Positions 1 through 10,003 of a DNA stretch of 32,000 bases are shown piece after piece. The stretch comes from Alkanindiges sp. WGS2144. GTDB lineage: Bacteria > Pseudomonadota > Gammaproteobacteria > Pseudomonadales > Moraxellaceae. The stretch is taken from the NCBI RefSeq assembly GCF_043950625.1, contig NZ_CP171007.1; one strand, given 5' to 3'. A program made the translations under genes and the position numbers. The notes under the pieces were generated by a model. The model did no database searches, had not been told where the DNA came from, and was given only the letters and a program-made list of their open reading frames with translations. How positions within the stretch are numbered: position 1 is the first letter of the stretch; each line of letters starts with the position of its first letter.

Positions 1-1
1 G

Positions 2-2371
2 GGTGATCCGGTGTATGCACAGTCCAATTTCCGTAAGGGCATTGAAAAGGGCCTGCTGAAAGTTCTATCCAAAATGGGCATTTCAACAGTTGCCTCTTAT
101 CGTGGCGGACAGTTGTTTGAAGCTATTGGTTTATCTAGAGAAGTCGTAGAGCTGTGCTTTAAAGGAGTGCCAAGCCGTATTGCTGGCGCAAGCTTTACTG
201 ATCTGGAAAACGACCAGAAAAAACTGGCACAACTGGCATGGCAGACCCGTAAGCCTTTGGATCAGGGTGGCTTACTCAAGTTTGTGTATAACAAGGAGTA
301 TCATGCGTTTAATCCGGATGTGATTGCTGCCCTGCATAAAGCGGTTCGCTTTGGCAAATATGAAGATTTCCGCGAGTATGCCAATCTGGTCAATCATCGC
401 CCGGTTGCCACGATTCGTGATCTGTTTAAGCTCAAAACTGACAACAGTATTACGCTGGATCAGGTAGAAAGCGTAGAAGATATCTTACCGCGCTTTGATT
501 CTGCGGGTATGTCTTTGGGTGCACTGTCACCAGAAGCGCATGAATCGATTGCTATTGCCATGAACACCATTGGTGGTCGTTCCAACTCCGGTGAAGGTGG
601 TGAAGACCCTGCGCGTTATGGCACGATACGTAACTCGAAAATCAAGCAAATTGCGTCTGGTCGCTTTGGGGTAACCCCGGCGTACCTGTGTTCTGCTGAA
701 GTGTTGCAGATTAAGGTAGCGCAAGGTGCAAAACCGGGTGAAGGTGGACAATTGCCGGGTGGTAAGGTGAATGGCCTGATTGCGCGTCTGCGTTATTCGG
801 TGCCGGGCGTGACCCTGATTTCGCCGCCACCCCATCACGATATTTATTCCATTGAAGATTTGTCGCAGTTAATTTTTGATCTAAAACAGGTCAATCCGCA
901 GGCCATGGTATCGGTCAAGCTGGTGTCCGAGCCGGGCGTAGGTACGATTGCGGCAGGAGTTGCCAAAGCCTATGCCGATTTCATTACCATTTCTGGTTAT
1001 GATGGTGGCACAGCGGCTTCTCCTTTAAGTTCTATTCACTATGCTGGTTCTCCCTGGGAGTTAGGCTTGAGTGAAGCGCATCAGGCCCTACGCGTCAATG
1101 ATTTGCGTGGCAAGGTTCGCGTGCAAACTGACGGTGGCTTAAAAACCGGACTTGATGTGGTAAAAGCTGCCATTTTAGGTGCAGAAAGCTTTGGTTTTGG
1201 TTCAACCCCAATGATTGCGCTGGGCTGTAAATACCTGCGTATTTGTCACCTGAATAACTGCGCCACGGGCGTTGCGACCCAGCAAGATCACCTGCGTCAG
1301 GAACATTATATTGGCGAACCGGAAATGCTCATTAATTTCTTCCGCTTTATTGCTGAAGAAACCCGTGAATGGCTGGCTGCGCTGGGTGTGAGTTCATTAC
1401 GTGATCTGATTGGCCGTACCGATTTGCTGGAAGTGCTGCCGGGTGAAACCGATAAGCACGCCCATCTGGACTTAACTGCCTTACTGGCGACGCATCCAGC
1501 TGGTGAGGGCAAGGCGCAATATTGTGAAGTAAGCAGTAATGAGCCATTTGATAAAGGCTTGCTGGCTGAGCGCATGGTTGAAGTGATGTTGCCTGCGATT
1601 GAATCTGGTGAAGGCGGCAGTTTTGATTTCATTATTGGTAACTGTGACCGCTCAATTGGTGCCCGTGTTTCGGGTGAAATAGCCAGGCGTTATGGTAACT
1701 TGGGTATGGAAGTTGCTCCTGTCGTGGTTCACCTTAAGGGGACAGCAGGTCAGTCTTTAGGGGTCTGGAATGCGGGCGGCCTGCATTTGCGTCTGGAAGG
1801 TGATGCTAACGATTACGTTGGTAAAGGCATGGCTGGTGGACAAATTGCGATTTATCCGCCAAAAGGGTCGCCATTTAACACTCAGGACACCGCTATTATT
1901 GGGAATACCTGTCTGTATGGTGCGACAGGTGGCAAGCTATTTGCCGCAGGTACAGCAGGTGAGCGTTTTGCGGTGCGTAACTCAGGCAGCTTTGCGGTGA
2001 TTGAAGGTGCAGGCGACCATTGTTGTGAATATATGACTGGCGGTATTGTGACCGTACTGGGTCGTGTTGGACATAACTTTGGCGCAGGCATGACCGGTGG
2101 TTTTGCCTACGTGCTGGATCTGGACGGTGATTTCTTTGATTACTGCAATCATGAGTTGATTGATCTTAACCGGATATCCACAGAGTCCATGGAAGGCTAT
2201 CGTCACCACCTGCTGGATATACTGCAAGATCATGTGCGTGAAACAGGCAGTGCCTGGGGACAAACCATTATTGATGAGTTTGATTCCTATAGTCGCAAGT
2301 TCTGGCTGGTTAAACCAAAAGCGGCAAGCTTGACGGGTTTGTTAAAAACCACCAAAGCGGACCCACAATAA
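2..2371 (+). CDS. gltB: glutamate synthase large (alpha) subunit, C-terminal ~790 aa; 5' end lies outside the window
   Basis: The frame is open to the window edge (codons in phase from nt 2), so the GTG at 11 in the track is internal. The translation has glutamate synthase alpha-chain hallmarks: [56 protein letters not shown]. The C-terminus has G-rich beta-helix strands ([34 protein letters not shown]). gltD follows 68 nt downstream. Confidence 0.97.
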   Translation, partial: GDPVYAQSNFRKGIEKGLLKVLSKMGISTVASYRGGQLFEAIGLSREVVELCFKGVPSRIAGASFTDLENDQKKLAQLAWQTRKPLDQGGLLKFVYNKEYHAFNPDVIAALHKAVRFGKYEDFREYANLVNHRPVATIRDLFKLKTDNSITLDQVESVEDILPRFDSAGMSLGALSPEAHESIAIAMNTIGGRSNSGEGGEDPARYGTIRNSKIKQIASGRFGVTPAYLCSAEVLQIKVAQGAKPGEGGQLPGGKVNGLIARLRYSVPGVTLISPPPHHDIYSIEDLSQLIFDLKQVNPQAMVSVKLVSEPGVGTIAAGVAKAYADFITISGYDGGTAASPLSSIHYAGSPWELGLSEAHQALRVNDLRGKVRVQTDGGLKTGLDVVKAAILGAESFGFGSTPMIALGCKYLRICHLNNCATGVATQQDHLRQEHYIGEPEMLINFFRFIAEETREWLAALGVSSLRDLIGRTDLLEVLPGETDKHAHLDLTALLATHPAGEGKAQYCEVSSNEPFDKGLLAERMVEVMLPAIESGEGGSFDFIIGNCDRSIGARVSGEIARRYGNLGMEVAPVVVHLKGTAGQSLGVWNAGGLHLRLEGDANDYVGKGMAGGQIAIYPPKGSPFNTQDTAIIGNTCLYGATGGKLFAAGTAGERFAVRNSGSFAVIEGAGDHCCEYMTGGIVTVLGRVGHNFGAGMTGGFAYVLDLDGDFFDYCNHELIDLNRISTESMEGYRHHLLDILQDHVRETGSAWGQTIIDEFDSYSRKFWLVKPKAASLTGLLKTTKADPQ

Positions 2372-2436
2372 GCCTCTTTCAATTTTGCACAACAGGCAAG
2401 TGCTGCCGTCTATGGATAATAGCGGGGAAGCACTGA

Positions 2437-3876
<1,440 letters not shown>

Positions 3877-3900
3877 GCTTTATTGTTAGTTGTTTAATTG

Positions 3901-3938
3901 AAAGCAGCTTGGGCGTAGGACTTAAGCTGCTTTTGTGT
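3901..3938 (+). terminator. intrinsic terminator after gltD
   Basis: Arm aaagcagctt (3901-3910) pairs perfectly with aagctgcttt (3924-3933). A ttttgtgt run follows. It lies 25 nt after the gltD stop. Confidence 0.7.
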
Positions 3939-4130
3939 CCCATAATATATCATTAAGCGCTGGATATTCTTGTCGAATAATTCTATTCATTGTTACTCCC
4001 GACGCTCAGGTTAAGGTTTTAGTATAGTGGCTATAAATTAAGCTATTTATGCAAGATAATTTACAAAAACCCGCACAAACATTGAGCACTTTCGTCACCT
4101 GTTGAACATTCATGCCATAGTCAGCCTGGT

Positions 4131-4160
4131 TCAATTTGACAATACTGTATGTCAAATTGA
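4131..4160. promoter_or_regulatory. perfect 10-bp inverted repeat (candidate operator) upstream of the hydrolase gene
   Basis: tcaatttgac (4131-4140) and gtcaaattga (4151-4160) are exact reverse complements separated by 10 bp. The repeat ends 20 nt before the ATG at 4181. Confidence 0.45.
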
Positions 4161-4180
4161 ATTAATTAAAGGATATCGCC

Positions 4181-5071
4181 ATGAGTGCTGTGGCCCCTAC
4201 CATCCCCAACAAGAAATATTTAAACCGGCGCAAAGCCAGCGGCATTACCGTGCGTCGTCTAGATTTTAACCCCAAGCTCATCAAGCGCCACTTTTTTGCA
4301 GACTCGCCTGTGATGTCGCATTTACTCACTGCACTATCGTCTACCTTTCCGATTGGTGAGCAGTTTTTTGTACATAGTGTGCGCAACGTGCGTGACCGTA
4401 TTGAAGATGAACAATTGCAGGCCGAAATTGCCGCCTTTATTGGCCAGGAAGCCATGCACTCCAAGGCGCACGAAGAGTTTAATCAGTCCTGGCGCCGTGA
4501 TGACTATCAACTGGACAGCTTTCAGGCCTGGCTGGCCAAACATGAGGTACGCATCAAAAAAGCGCCCTATAAAGTACAACTGGCGGTGACCAGCGCCTTT
4601 GAGCATTTTACTGCCTTGCTGGGTAGTTATGTATTAAACCACCCTGAAATACTGGAAACGCTGGATGATGAAGCAGTTAAACTATGGGTATGGCATGCTA
4701 TTGAAGAAGTTGAGCACCGTGCGGTAGCCTTTGATGTGTATCAAGCCCTGTATGGAGACTTAAAACTACGCCGACAGGTCATGCAGGCCGTAACCACCAG
4801 CTTTGGCAGCTTAACCTTATATGCCACGCAGCGCCTGTTCTGGCAGGATAAATGGAAAAGCCTGCCAAAAATTGGCAGTAACCTGCGTGGCCTGTATCTG
4901 GTGGCAAAAATGCTGATTAGCTTAACGCCTGAATATTTGTCCTATTACAAAAAGGATTTTCACCCATCTGATATTGATCACAGCAAGGCTGTCAATTACT
5001 GGAAAAAGCGTATGGCTGAGCAATATCAGGTCGCAGGTTTTATGGAAGCGGCTAATCGTACCATTCATTAA
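4181..5071 (+). CDS. predicted metal-dependent hydrolase (PF10118-like, function uncertain)
   Basis: 296-aa ORF with a GGA-containing RBS (aaaggatatcgcc ATG). H/E-rich helical motifs: FIGQEAMHSKAHEEF and HAIEEVEHRAVAFDVY. An N-terminal FFADSPVMSHLLTALSSTFPIGEQFF segment resembles the 'predicted metal-dependent hydrolase' family. Family recalled from memory, not searched. Confidence 0.65.
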   Translation: MSAVAPTIPNKKYLNRRKASGITVRRLDFNPKLIKRHFFADSPVMSHLLTALSSTFPIGEQFFVHSVRNVRDRIEDEQLQAEIAAFIGQEAMHSKAHEEFNQSWRRDDYQLDSFQAWLAKHEVRIKKAPYKVQLAVTSAFEHFTALLGSYVLNHPEILETLDDEAVKLWVWHAIEEVEHRAVAFDVYQALYGDLKLRRQVMQAVTTSFGSLTLYATQRLFWQDKWKSLPKIGSNLRGLYLVAKMLISLTPEYLSYYKKDFHPSDIDHSKAVNYWKKRMAEQYQVAGFMEAANRTIH

Positions 5072-5100
5072 TATTTCTTAGATCACTTCAAGCGCTGCTT

Positions 5101-5128
5101 ATCCCCCTTTTTCATGCAGGGGATTTTT
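5101..5128 (+). terminator. possible weak intrinsic terminator after the hydrolase gene
   Basis: atcccc (5101-5106) pairs with ggggat (5119-5124), followed by tttt. The stem is short and the loop is 12 nt, so this is only moderately convincing. Confidence 0.4.
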
Positions 5129-5285
5129 CATTAAAAATAAAGCACTTTTAGATTTGTGTCATGGCTTTCGGAAGTACTTACCCCTAGCTTATAACAAGTT
5201 ACTAAAAATGTTCACAATTTCATGGTGGAAAAACCTGATAATTGGTAGATGATAGCAATATGACCAATAACAACAGGTTAGTGAA

Positions 5286-5915
5286 ATGTCACGTCAGGTA
5301 CTTTCAACTTTATTATTAACGGCTGTGCTGGCAACCACCATGCCAGGTTGCGGCTATAACAACTTACAAGCCAAGGACGAAGCAGTGAACGCCAGCTGGT
5401 CAGAGGTACTGAACCAGTACCAGCGTCGTGCCGATCTGGTACCCAATCTGGTCAATGTGGTCAAAGGCTATGCCAGTCACGAGCAGCAGGTTTTAACCGA
5501 AGTGACCAATGCCCGCGCCCGTGTAGGCAGCATGCAGGCCACGCCTGAGCTGGTCAATGACCCCGAAGCATTTAGAAGATATCAGGAAGCGCAAGGCCAG
5601 CTCACCAGTGCCTTGTCACGCTTGCTGGTGGTATCGGAAAATTACCCTAACTTAAAAGCCGATACGGCGTTTCGGGATTTGAGCGCCCAGCTGGAAGGTA
5701 CCGAAAACCGCATTACCGTCGCGCGTAATCGTTATATTACCAGCGTGCAGGATTACAACACTTATGTACGCCAGCTGCCACAATCCATTACTGCCAAAGT
5801 GATTGGCATGCAGCCCAAGCCAAACTTTAGGGTAGACAATGAAGCGGCGGTATCTACCGCACCGACAGTCAATTTCGATACAGGTAGTAGTGGCAACACG
5901 AACCGCACGCCTTAA
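5286..5915 (+). CDS. lemA: LemA family lipoprotein
   Basis: The N-terminus has a signal peptide plus lipobox-like TMPGC. NASWSEVLNQYQRRADLVPNLVNVVKGYASHEQ and NRITVARNRYITSVQDYN are typical LemA-family sequence. Two TPM-domain genes follow, which is the usual operon partner set. Confidence 0.9.
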   Translation: MSRQVLSTLLLTAVLATTMPGCGYNNLQAKDEAVNASWSEVLNQYQRRADLVPNLVNVVKGYASHEQQVLTEVTNARARVGSMQATPELVNDPEAFRRYQEAQGQLTSALSRLLVVSENYPNLKADTAFRDLSAQLEGTENRITVARNRYITSVQDYNTYVRQLPQSITAKVIGMQPKPNFRVDNEAAVSTAPTVNFDTGSSGNTNRTP

Positions 5916-6040
5916 ACTGCTTAACTCGAGCTGCTTAAGATGGCTAAAAAATATTGGCAAAACTGGCGCTGGTGTTGGCGGGCTGTGGATAACTTGGTAT
6001 TTATACACAGGGCAATTAGCAGGCATATAAAGGCAACGCA

Positions 6041-7228
6041 ATGCGAATCATAAAGCAGCCCCATCAGCTTTTCAGCCTATTTAGGCAGCACATGAGCAAC
6101 TCATTTTTGCTCACTATGCTTGCTGTGCTGCTGATATGGATGTGCTGTGGCCTAAATAGTGCTCAGGCTGCTAATATTTCTGTTACCGAATCACAAGCGG
6201 CAGTAAATAGCCCCACAGATGATCAGCTTGCAGAAGGCGCAGTTATTTTAAAACAACTTCAAAAAGCAAACCCGCAAGGCACGCCTGCCATTCCGCCAAT
6301 TTTGCCCAAAACCGCTCAGAACAATACAGGCCAAAATAATATAGGACAAAACAGTACAGCGGCCAGCACGCAAACCGCGCCGCCACCTGCCCAGCCAGAT
6401 AGCAGTCTGGTGCAGGCCAAACTGCCTGACCTTAACAGCCCGGTGATTGATCAGGCCAATATATTAACTCCTGACCAGAAGCAGGCCATTAGCCAGCAAA
6501 TTTTAGGTATTTATCAGGCTGGCCGTGCGCAAATTGGACTAATCATATTGCCCAGTACCGGACAGGAGCCAATTTTTAACTATGCCGCGCGGGCATTTAC
6601 CGCTTGGCAACTGGGTGATAAAAAAATAGACAATGGCCTGCTCATTGTGGTGGCAATCAATGACCACAAAATTCAGATATTAACCGGTTATGGCCTGGAA
6701 GGCGTGCTGCCGGATGTGGTGCTCAAACGGATTATTGAAGAACAAATCACCCCAGCGTTTCGCCAAAGTAACTATGCACAAGGCTTAAGCGCTGGCATCA
6801 GCAAAATTGACAGCATTTTGCAACTTGACCCGGAAATTGCTAAAGCCAGTGCTGACCAGCTTAAGCAACAACAAGCCGCCCAAGCCCGGCAGCAACAGCA
6901 ATCACAAAGTGCCTTAACCATATTGATCATTTTGTCGGTCATCGGCGTGGTCGCTAGTGCTTTTTTTGGGCGCTCACTCAGCGCTAGTTTGGCAGGTGCC
7001 GTTGGCGTAGGTTGGGGCTTAACCAGCGGACTTGGCTTAATTGGGAGTCTGCTATTAGGCGGTGGGGTATTTTTTTTACTGATTAGCTCAATTGCTCAAT
7101 TAATTTTGTCCGGTTTTTTTCGTGGTGGTGGCGGATTTGGCGGTAGTCGCGGTGGCGGTTTTGGTGGAGGAGGCTATCGCGGAGGCGGTGGTTCATTTGG
7201 CGGTGGAGGGGCGTCCGGCTCATGGTAG
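6041..7228 (+). CDS. TPM-domain membrane protein (YgcG-like) with Q-rich linker, TM region and Gly-rich tail
   Basis: Signal peptide (LLIWMCCGLNSAQA) and a TPM core (PVIDQANILTPDQKQAISQQI...GLIILPSTG...DNGLLIVVAINDHKIQILTGYGLEGVLPD). Then QQQAAQARQQQQSQ, hydrophobic segments and GGGGFGGSRGGGFGGGGYRGGGGSFGGGG. An alternative start at ATG 6092 is possible. Confidence 0.85.
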   Translation: MRIIKQPHQLFSLFRQHMSNSFLLTMLAVLLIWMCCGLNSAQAANISVTESQAAVNSPTDDQLAEGAVILKQLQKANPQGTPAIPPILPKTAQNNTGQNNIGQNSTAASTQTAPPPAQPDSSLVQAKLPDLNSPVIDQANILTPDQKQAISQQILGIYQAGRAQIGLIILPSTGQEPIFNYAARAFTAWQLGDKKIDNGLLIVVAINDHKIQILTGYGLEGVLPDVVLKRIIEEQITPAFRQSNYAQGLSAGISKIDSILQLDPEIAKASADQLKQQQAAQARQQQQSQSALTILIILSVIGVVASAFFGRSLSASLAGAVGVGWGLTSGLGLIGSLLLGGGVFFLLISSIAQLILSGFFRGGGGFGGSRGGGFGGGGYRGGGGSFGGGGASGSW

Positions 7229-7785
7229 ATTCTATACAACCCAATGATTTTGCAAGTCATCATCAGCCTCAAAACTCCCCACGGCGTTTTAACCTGCTGT
7301 GCTGGTTTAAGCATGCCTGTTATATACCCTGGCGTACCCGGCATTATTTTAACGCCCAGGCACGTGAGCAAATCCATCAGGCAGTAACCCAGGCCGAGTT
7401 TGGCCATGCTGGTGAAATTCAGGTGATTATTGAGGGGCATTTGCCACTGGATTTGGCTTTGCGTGGTGACACAGCGCTACGTGCCAGACAGTTATTTGCC
7501 CAATATGGTGTGTGGGATACCGCCTATAATAGTGGGGTACTGCTATATATTAATTTGTGCGCCAGACAGGTCGAAATACTGGCTGATCGAGGTATTCATC
7601 AGTTTGTAAACGATGAGCACTGGCAGGCAATTTGCCAGCAGGTCACCAGCTTACTGGCGCATGGGCACTATGCAGATGGCGTTTTGGCTGGTGTGCAGCA
7701 GATCGGCGCGACCCTTGAGCAGTTTTATGACCAGAAAGTACAGGACTTGGGCAATGAGCTAGGTGATGGTGCGGTGTTTTTGTAA
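7222..7785 (+). CDS. TPM-domain protein (second gene of the lemA-TPM-TPM operon)
   Basis: The start overlaps the upstream stop by 7 nt. TPM-like core: REQIHQAVTQAEFGHAGEIQVIIEG...NSGVLLYINLCARQVEILADRGI...EHWQAICQ. Confidence 0.8.
   Translation: MVDSIQPNDFASHHQPQNSPRRFNLLCWFKHACYIPWRTRHYFNAQAREQIHQAVTQAEFGHAGEIQVIIEGHLPLDLALRGDTALRARQLFAQYGVWDTAYNSGVLLYINLCARQVEILADRGIHQFVNDEHWQAICQQVTSLLAHGHYADGVLAGVQQIGATLEQFYDQKVQDLGNELGDGAVFL
7705..7728 (+). repeat. direct repeat copy A1 (within the 3' end of the TPM gene)
   Basis: ggcgcgacccttgagcagttttat encodes G-A-T-L-E-Q-F-Y. It recurs at 8629-8652 with a single substitution. Confidence 0.85.
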
Positions 7786-7824
7786 AAAGCAAATTTAATT
7801 TCCTGACACTATTTTTATAGCAGT

Positions 7825-8214
7825 CTAAATATAAATGATACTGTCACTGTAGCGGGCTACCGTCGTATCATGGGTAACTAGTCGAAGCGGTTCGGCGCGG
7901 GCTTGAGCAACCAGTAATCGATCAAACGGATCCCGATGCAGGTTGGGTAGCTCATCTAGCATAAGTATATGTGTCGTTGTAATGCCCAGAATAAAATAGC
8001 CAGATTGTTGAAAATACGCATGTGCCTGTTTGCCAGAGATAGGCATGTTACTGCGTTGTAGAGCATGCTTAATGCATATCTCCCAAATACTGACATCGCT
8101 CACAAAAATTTTATTATCAGATGAACTAATCAGTGACCGGGCGTGTGGTGTTAACTGTGGCGCGTCAGTAATCGCCCATAGTGCAACATGGGTATCCAGT
8201 AATAACTGCATCAC
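7825..8214 (-). CDS. vapC: PIN-domain toxin (VapC family)
   Basis: 129 aa. N-terminal LLLDTHVALW carries the first PIN acidic residue. SIWEICIK and LPNLHRDPFDRLLVAQA...LVTHD are typical PIN/VapC segments. It overlaps the upstream antitoxin gene by 4 nt. Confidence 0.85.
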   Translation of the reverse strand: MMQLLLDTHVALWAITDAPQLTPHARSLISSSDNKIFVSDVSIWEICIKHALQRSNMPISGKQAHAYFQQSGYFILGITTTHILMLDELPNLHRDPFDRLLVAQARAEPLRLVTHDTTVARYSDSIIYI

Positions 8215-8471
8215 ACTTTGCCAAAAAATAGCCGTGCGACTTCTTCATTATCCTGATCAATATTATCAGGAATCACTAGCCCCTTAGCGATACCAATACG
8301 CTGTGCCGGTGCGACACAGGCTTCTATTGGCACCAGTCTGGCAGCAGGGCGACCATGACGTGCAATAATCACCTCTTTTTCAATACCACGTTCAATCTGG
8401 TCAACCAGTTTTGATAGTGTGGTTTTCGCCTCTAGCATATTGACATAATGCATGATCAAACTCCTCTGCAT
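8211..8471 (-). CDS. Phd/YefM-family antitoxin
   Basis: 86-aa ORF. NMLEAKTTLSKLVDQIERGIEKEVIIARHGRPAARLVPIE is the canonical Phd/YefM N-terminal domain. The true start may be an internal Met (MHYVNM or MLEAK). It is translationally coupled to the PIN gene. Confidence 0.85.
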   Translation of the reverse strand: MQRSLIMHYVNMLEAKTTLSKLVDQIERGIEKEVIIARHGRPAARLVPIEACVAPAQRIGIAKGLVIPDNIDQDNEEVARLFFGKV

Positions 8472-8625
8472 TAGCTAATGCTGACTAATGTAACTTTTTT
8501 TGATATTCATTGCAACATTGCTAAATTCTGGTAACTCTGCAAACGGTTGAGAGAATACTCAATCCTTTTGGTTTTAAATTCCAGGTGGTACGGCGAAATT
8601 AGGCGCATTGACCAGCATACTGTAA

Positions 8626-8667
8626 ATAGGCGCAACCCTTGAGCAGTTTTATCAGATTAAACATTGA
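8626..8667 (+). pseudogene. displaced relic of a TPM-gene 3' end, containing direct repeat copy A2 (8629-8652)
   Basis: The segment reads I-G-A-T-L-E-Q-F-Y-Q-I-K-H-stop, immediately after an in-frame TAA (8623-8625). Positions 8629-8652 match 7705-7728 at 23 of 24 nt, and the one change (GCG to GCA) is synonymous. Confidence 0.55.
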
Positions 8668-8959
8668 ATCCTATGTGTTTTCCAGTTGGAAGCTCTACAT
8701 CAATACGCAGCTTCCCTCCCATCGCTTCAACATACTTTTTCATGGTTGAAATTTTAAGATCATTGCCACGATTTTCGATTGCAGAAAGGGATGGCTGTTT
8801 TATTCCTAAAGATTCAGCCAGTTCTTTTTGTGAAATTTCTAATTCTTCACGAATCAGGTAAAGCTGGTTTTCAAGTAACAATGCTTCAGCCAGCTCTTGA
8901 ATACGTGCCTGGCTTTCTGGTGAACGAGTAGCAAGTAGTTCTTTTAATGTCTTGGTCAT
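8657..8959 (-). CDS. higA: XRE-family HTH antitoxin (HigA-like)
   Basis: 100 aa with the HTH segment ISQKELAESLGIKQPSLSAIENRGNDLKISTMKKYVEAMG. It lies 4 nt downstream of a Gp49/HigB-like toxin gene, i.e. the toxin-first order typical of higBA. Confidence 0.8.
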   Translation of the reverse strand: MTKTLKELLATRSPESQARIQELAEALLLENQLYLIREELEISQKELAESLGIKQPSLSAIENRGNDLKISTMKKYVEAMGGKLRIDVELPTGKHIGFNV

Positions 8960-8963
8960 GTAA

Positions 8964-9308
8964 CTAATCTCCTAATGATTCAAGATGAAGTGCATATTGC
9001 TGATCAGCAATTGCTAATACCTCGTCATAAAATCGCTTTTTACTGCTTTTATCACCGATACAGAGCACAATAGCTTGACGTAATGGATCAAATGCAAAAA
9101 AAGCCCTCAGGGGTTTACCACGATGCTGAACACGCAGCTCTTTTATGTTGGTAAATTTCGAGTTATAGACAGTATCAACTAACGGTCTACCTAAACTGGG
9201 TTCTTGCTGCTCCAAGACGACCAATGCAGCCAAGACTTTCTCTTGTGTTGATTCATCTTGTTGTATAAGCCATTCGTTAAACAGATTTGTTGTGATTACT
9301 GTCCACAT
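8964..9308 (-). CDS. higB: RelE/ParE-superfamily toxin (HigB / phage Gp49-like)
   Basis: 114 aa. KELRVQHRGKPLRAFFAFDPLRQAIVLCIGDKSSKKRFYDE matches the Gp49-like HigB pattern (R..G...R.ff.....i.ll.g..K). It sits upstream of its HTH antitoxin. Confidence 0.8.
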   Translation of the reverse strand: MWTVITTNLFNEWLIQQDESTQEKVLAALVVLEQQEPSLGRPLVDTVYNSKFTNIKELRVQHRGKPLRAFFAFDPLRQAIVLCIGDKSSKKRFYDEVLAIADQQYALHLESLGD

Positions 9309-9327
9309 ATCACAGTAAAAATATAGA

Positions 9328-9450
9328 TTATAATATATATGTTATAAAAATTTCATAGCTGATGCAACCAATAACTGTAACAGCCCCAATTAAAACGGAC
9401 ACCTTTAATGAGGGGGTATTATCCAGCGCCCAGCAGATTTTATACATCCC
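9328..9450 (-). repeat. copy B1: duplicated 3' end of the small membrane-protein gene at 10876..11121 (39-codon ORF 9328..9447)
   Basis: The core 9376-9443 aligns with 10913-10979 with 5 substitutions and one 1-nt indel (hand alignment). The minus-strand ORF reads MYKICWALDNTPSLKVSVLIGAVTVIGCISYEIFITYIL. The other copy reads ...NKICWALCNTPSLKVSVLVG.... Weaker similarity continues to both stop codons. Confidence 0.7.
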
Positions 9451-9502
9451 AAAACCCAACTGTGCGATAATTAGCCTAAACTCTCGCTAGAGATATGCGC
9501 TC

Positions 9503-9691
9503 ATGCCCATATTTTCAAAATCAGCAACGACTGCCCTGGCAATCCTGGCGGTTGATAATATTCGCTTAACGCCCGCATCCATGGCCTTACTGGCCGCACG
9601 TGACCGTGGCGAAATTAGCCGTGAGCGCTTTAAAGAGCAGGTGCGTCAGCGTGCTTACCGTCTTGCTGGTATTGGTAATCATACTGCCTGA
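9503..9691 (+). CDS. small VbhA-like (Fic-antitoxin-like) protein with no Fic partner in the window
   Basis: The 62-aa ORF aligns by eye to Bartonella VbhA: ALAsqrLEGlepdP....GE versus ALAILAVDNIRLTPASMALLAARDRGE. The inhibitory (S/T)xxxE(G/N) motif is degenerate here (IxxxDN). No Fic/DOC gene follows. Confidence 0.4.
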   Translation: MPIFSKSATTALAILAVDNIRLTPASMALLAARDRGEISRERFKEQVRQRAYRLAGIGNHTA

Positions 9692-9769
9692 TTATGTAAT
9701 GCATAAAATCAGACATGAGTACTGATGATCATTACTATGCAACATTTGCTTGTTATGCTTTCGGCTTGG

Positions 9770-10003
9770 TTACAGCAGCGCAGTCAAATTTTCCTTGCCG
9801 TATTTAAAGTGGTTGACCCAGACAAGCGTGTTAATTAAAACATTCATTAATGAAAGTCTGAACCACGTCTGGGAATTGCCTGCATGTTTGCTGTGCTGCC
9901 ACCTAGCATCGCCAATCGCTTGGCAGCCTGGATATGAATAAATGTTTTAATGGCCTCACGGAATAAGTCCGCTTTATCCATGATGCTATCTGCCAGCTCT
10001 CAT
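9770..10003 (-). pseudogene. decayed vapBC module: internally deleted RHH-type VapB relic plus a 25-codon PIN stub
   Basis: The minus strand reads ATG AGA (10003), is then out of frame, and resumes as ELADSIMDKADLFREAIKTFIHIQAAKRLAMLGGSTANMQAIPRRGSDFH-stop (9999..9847). This resembles the VapB pattern eLl.eA...tg....eav..AL..l. An ATG overlapping that stop (TAATG, 9847) opens MNVLINTLVWVNHFKYGKENLTALL-stop (to 9770). That is a PIN N-terminus truncated after 25 codons, with N where the first catalytic D normally sits. Confidence 0.55.

Noticed and set aside
527-2263. Several 60-110-aa ORFs antisense to or out of frame within gltB (527..838, 1306..1632, 1347..1547, 1770..2000, 1882..2091, 1982..2263). 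Equivalent shadow ORFs occur inside gltD, the hydrolase gene, lemA, spoT, rpoZ and rnr.
   Set aside because: They lie entirely inside long, well-supported genes and have low-complexity Arg/Pro/Ser-rich translations with no RBS. They are typical shadow ORFs of coding DNA.
5916-6040. Direct repeat ctgcttaa-ctcgag-ctgcttaa and the ORFs 5839..6030 and 5652..6041 in the lemA-TPM spacer.
   Set aside because: The 8-nt repeat is too short to be meaningful. The ORFs overlap lemA or the spacer without an RBS or any recognisable protein features.
9750-9941. Plus-strand 63-aa ORF in the gap between the VbhA-like ORF and relB.
   Set aside because: The opposite strand reads as a recognisable vapBC relic (VapB-like tail plus PIN N-terminal stub), so the plus-strand ORF is its antisense shadow.
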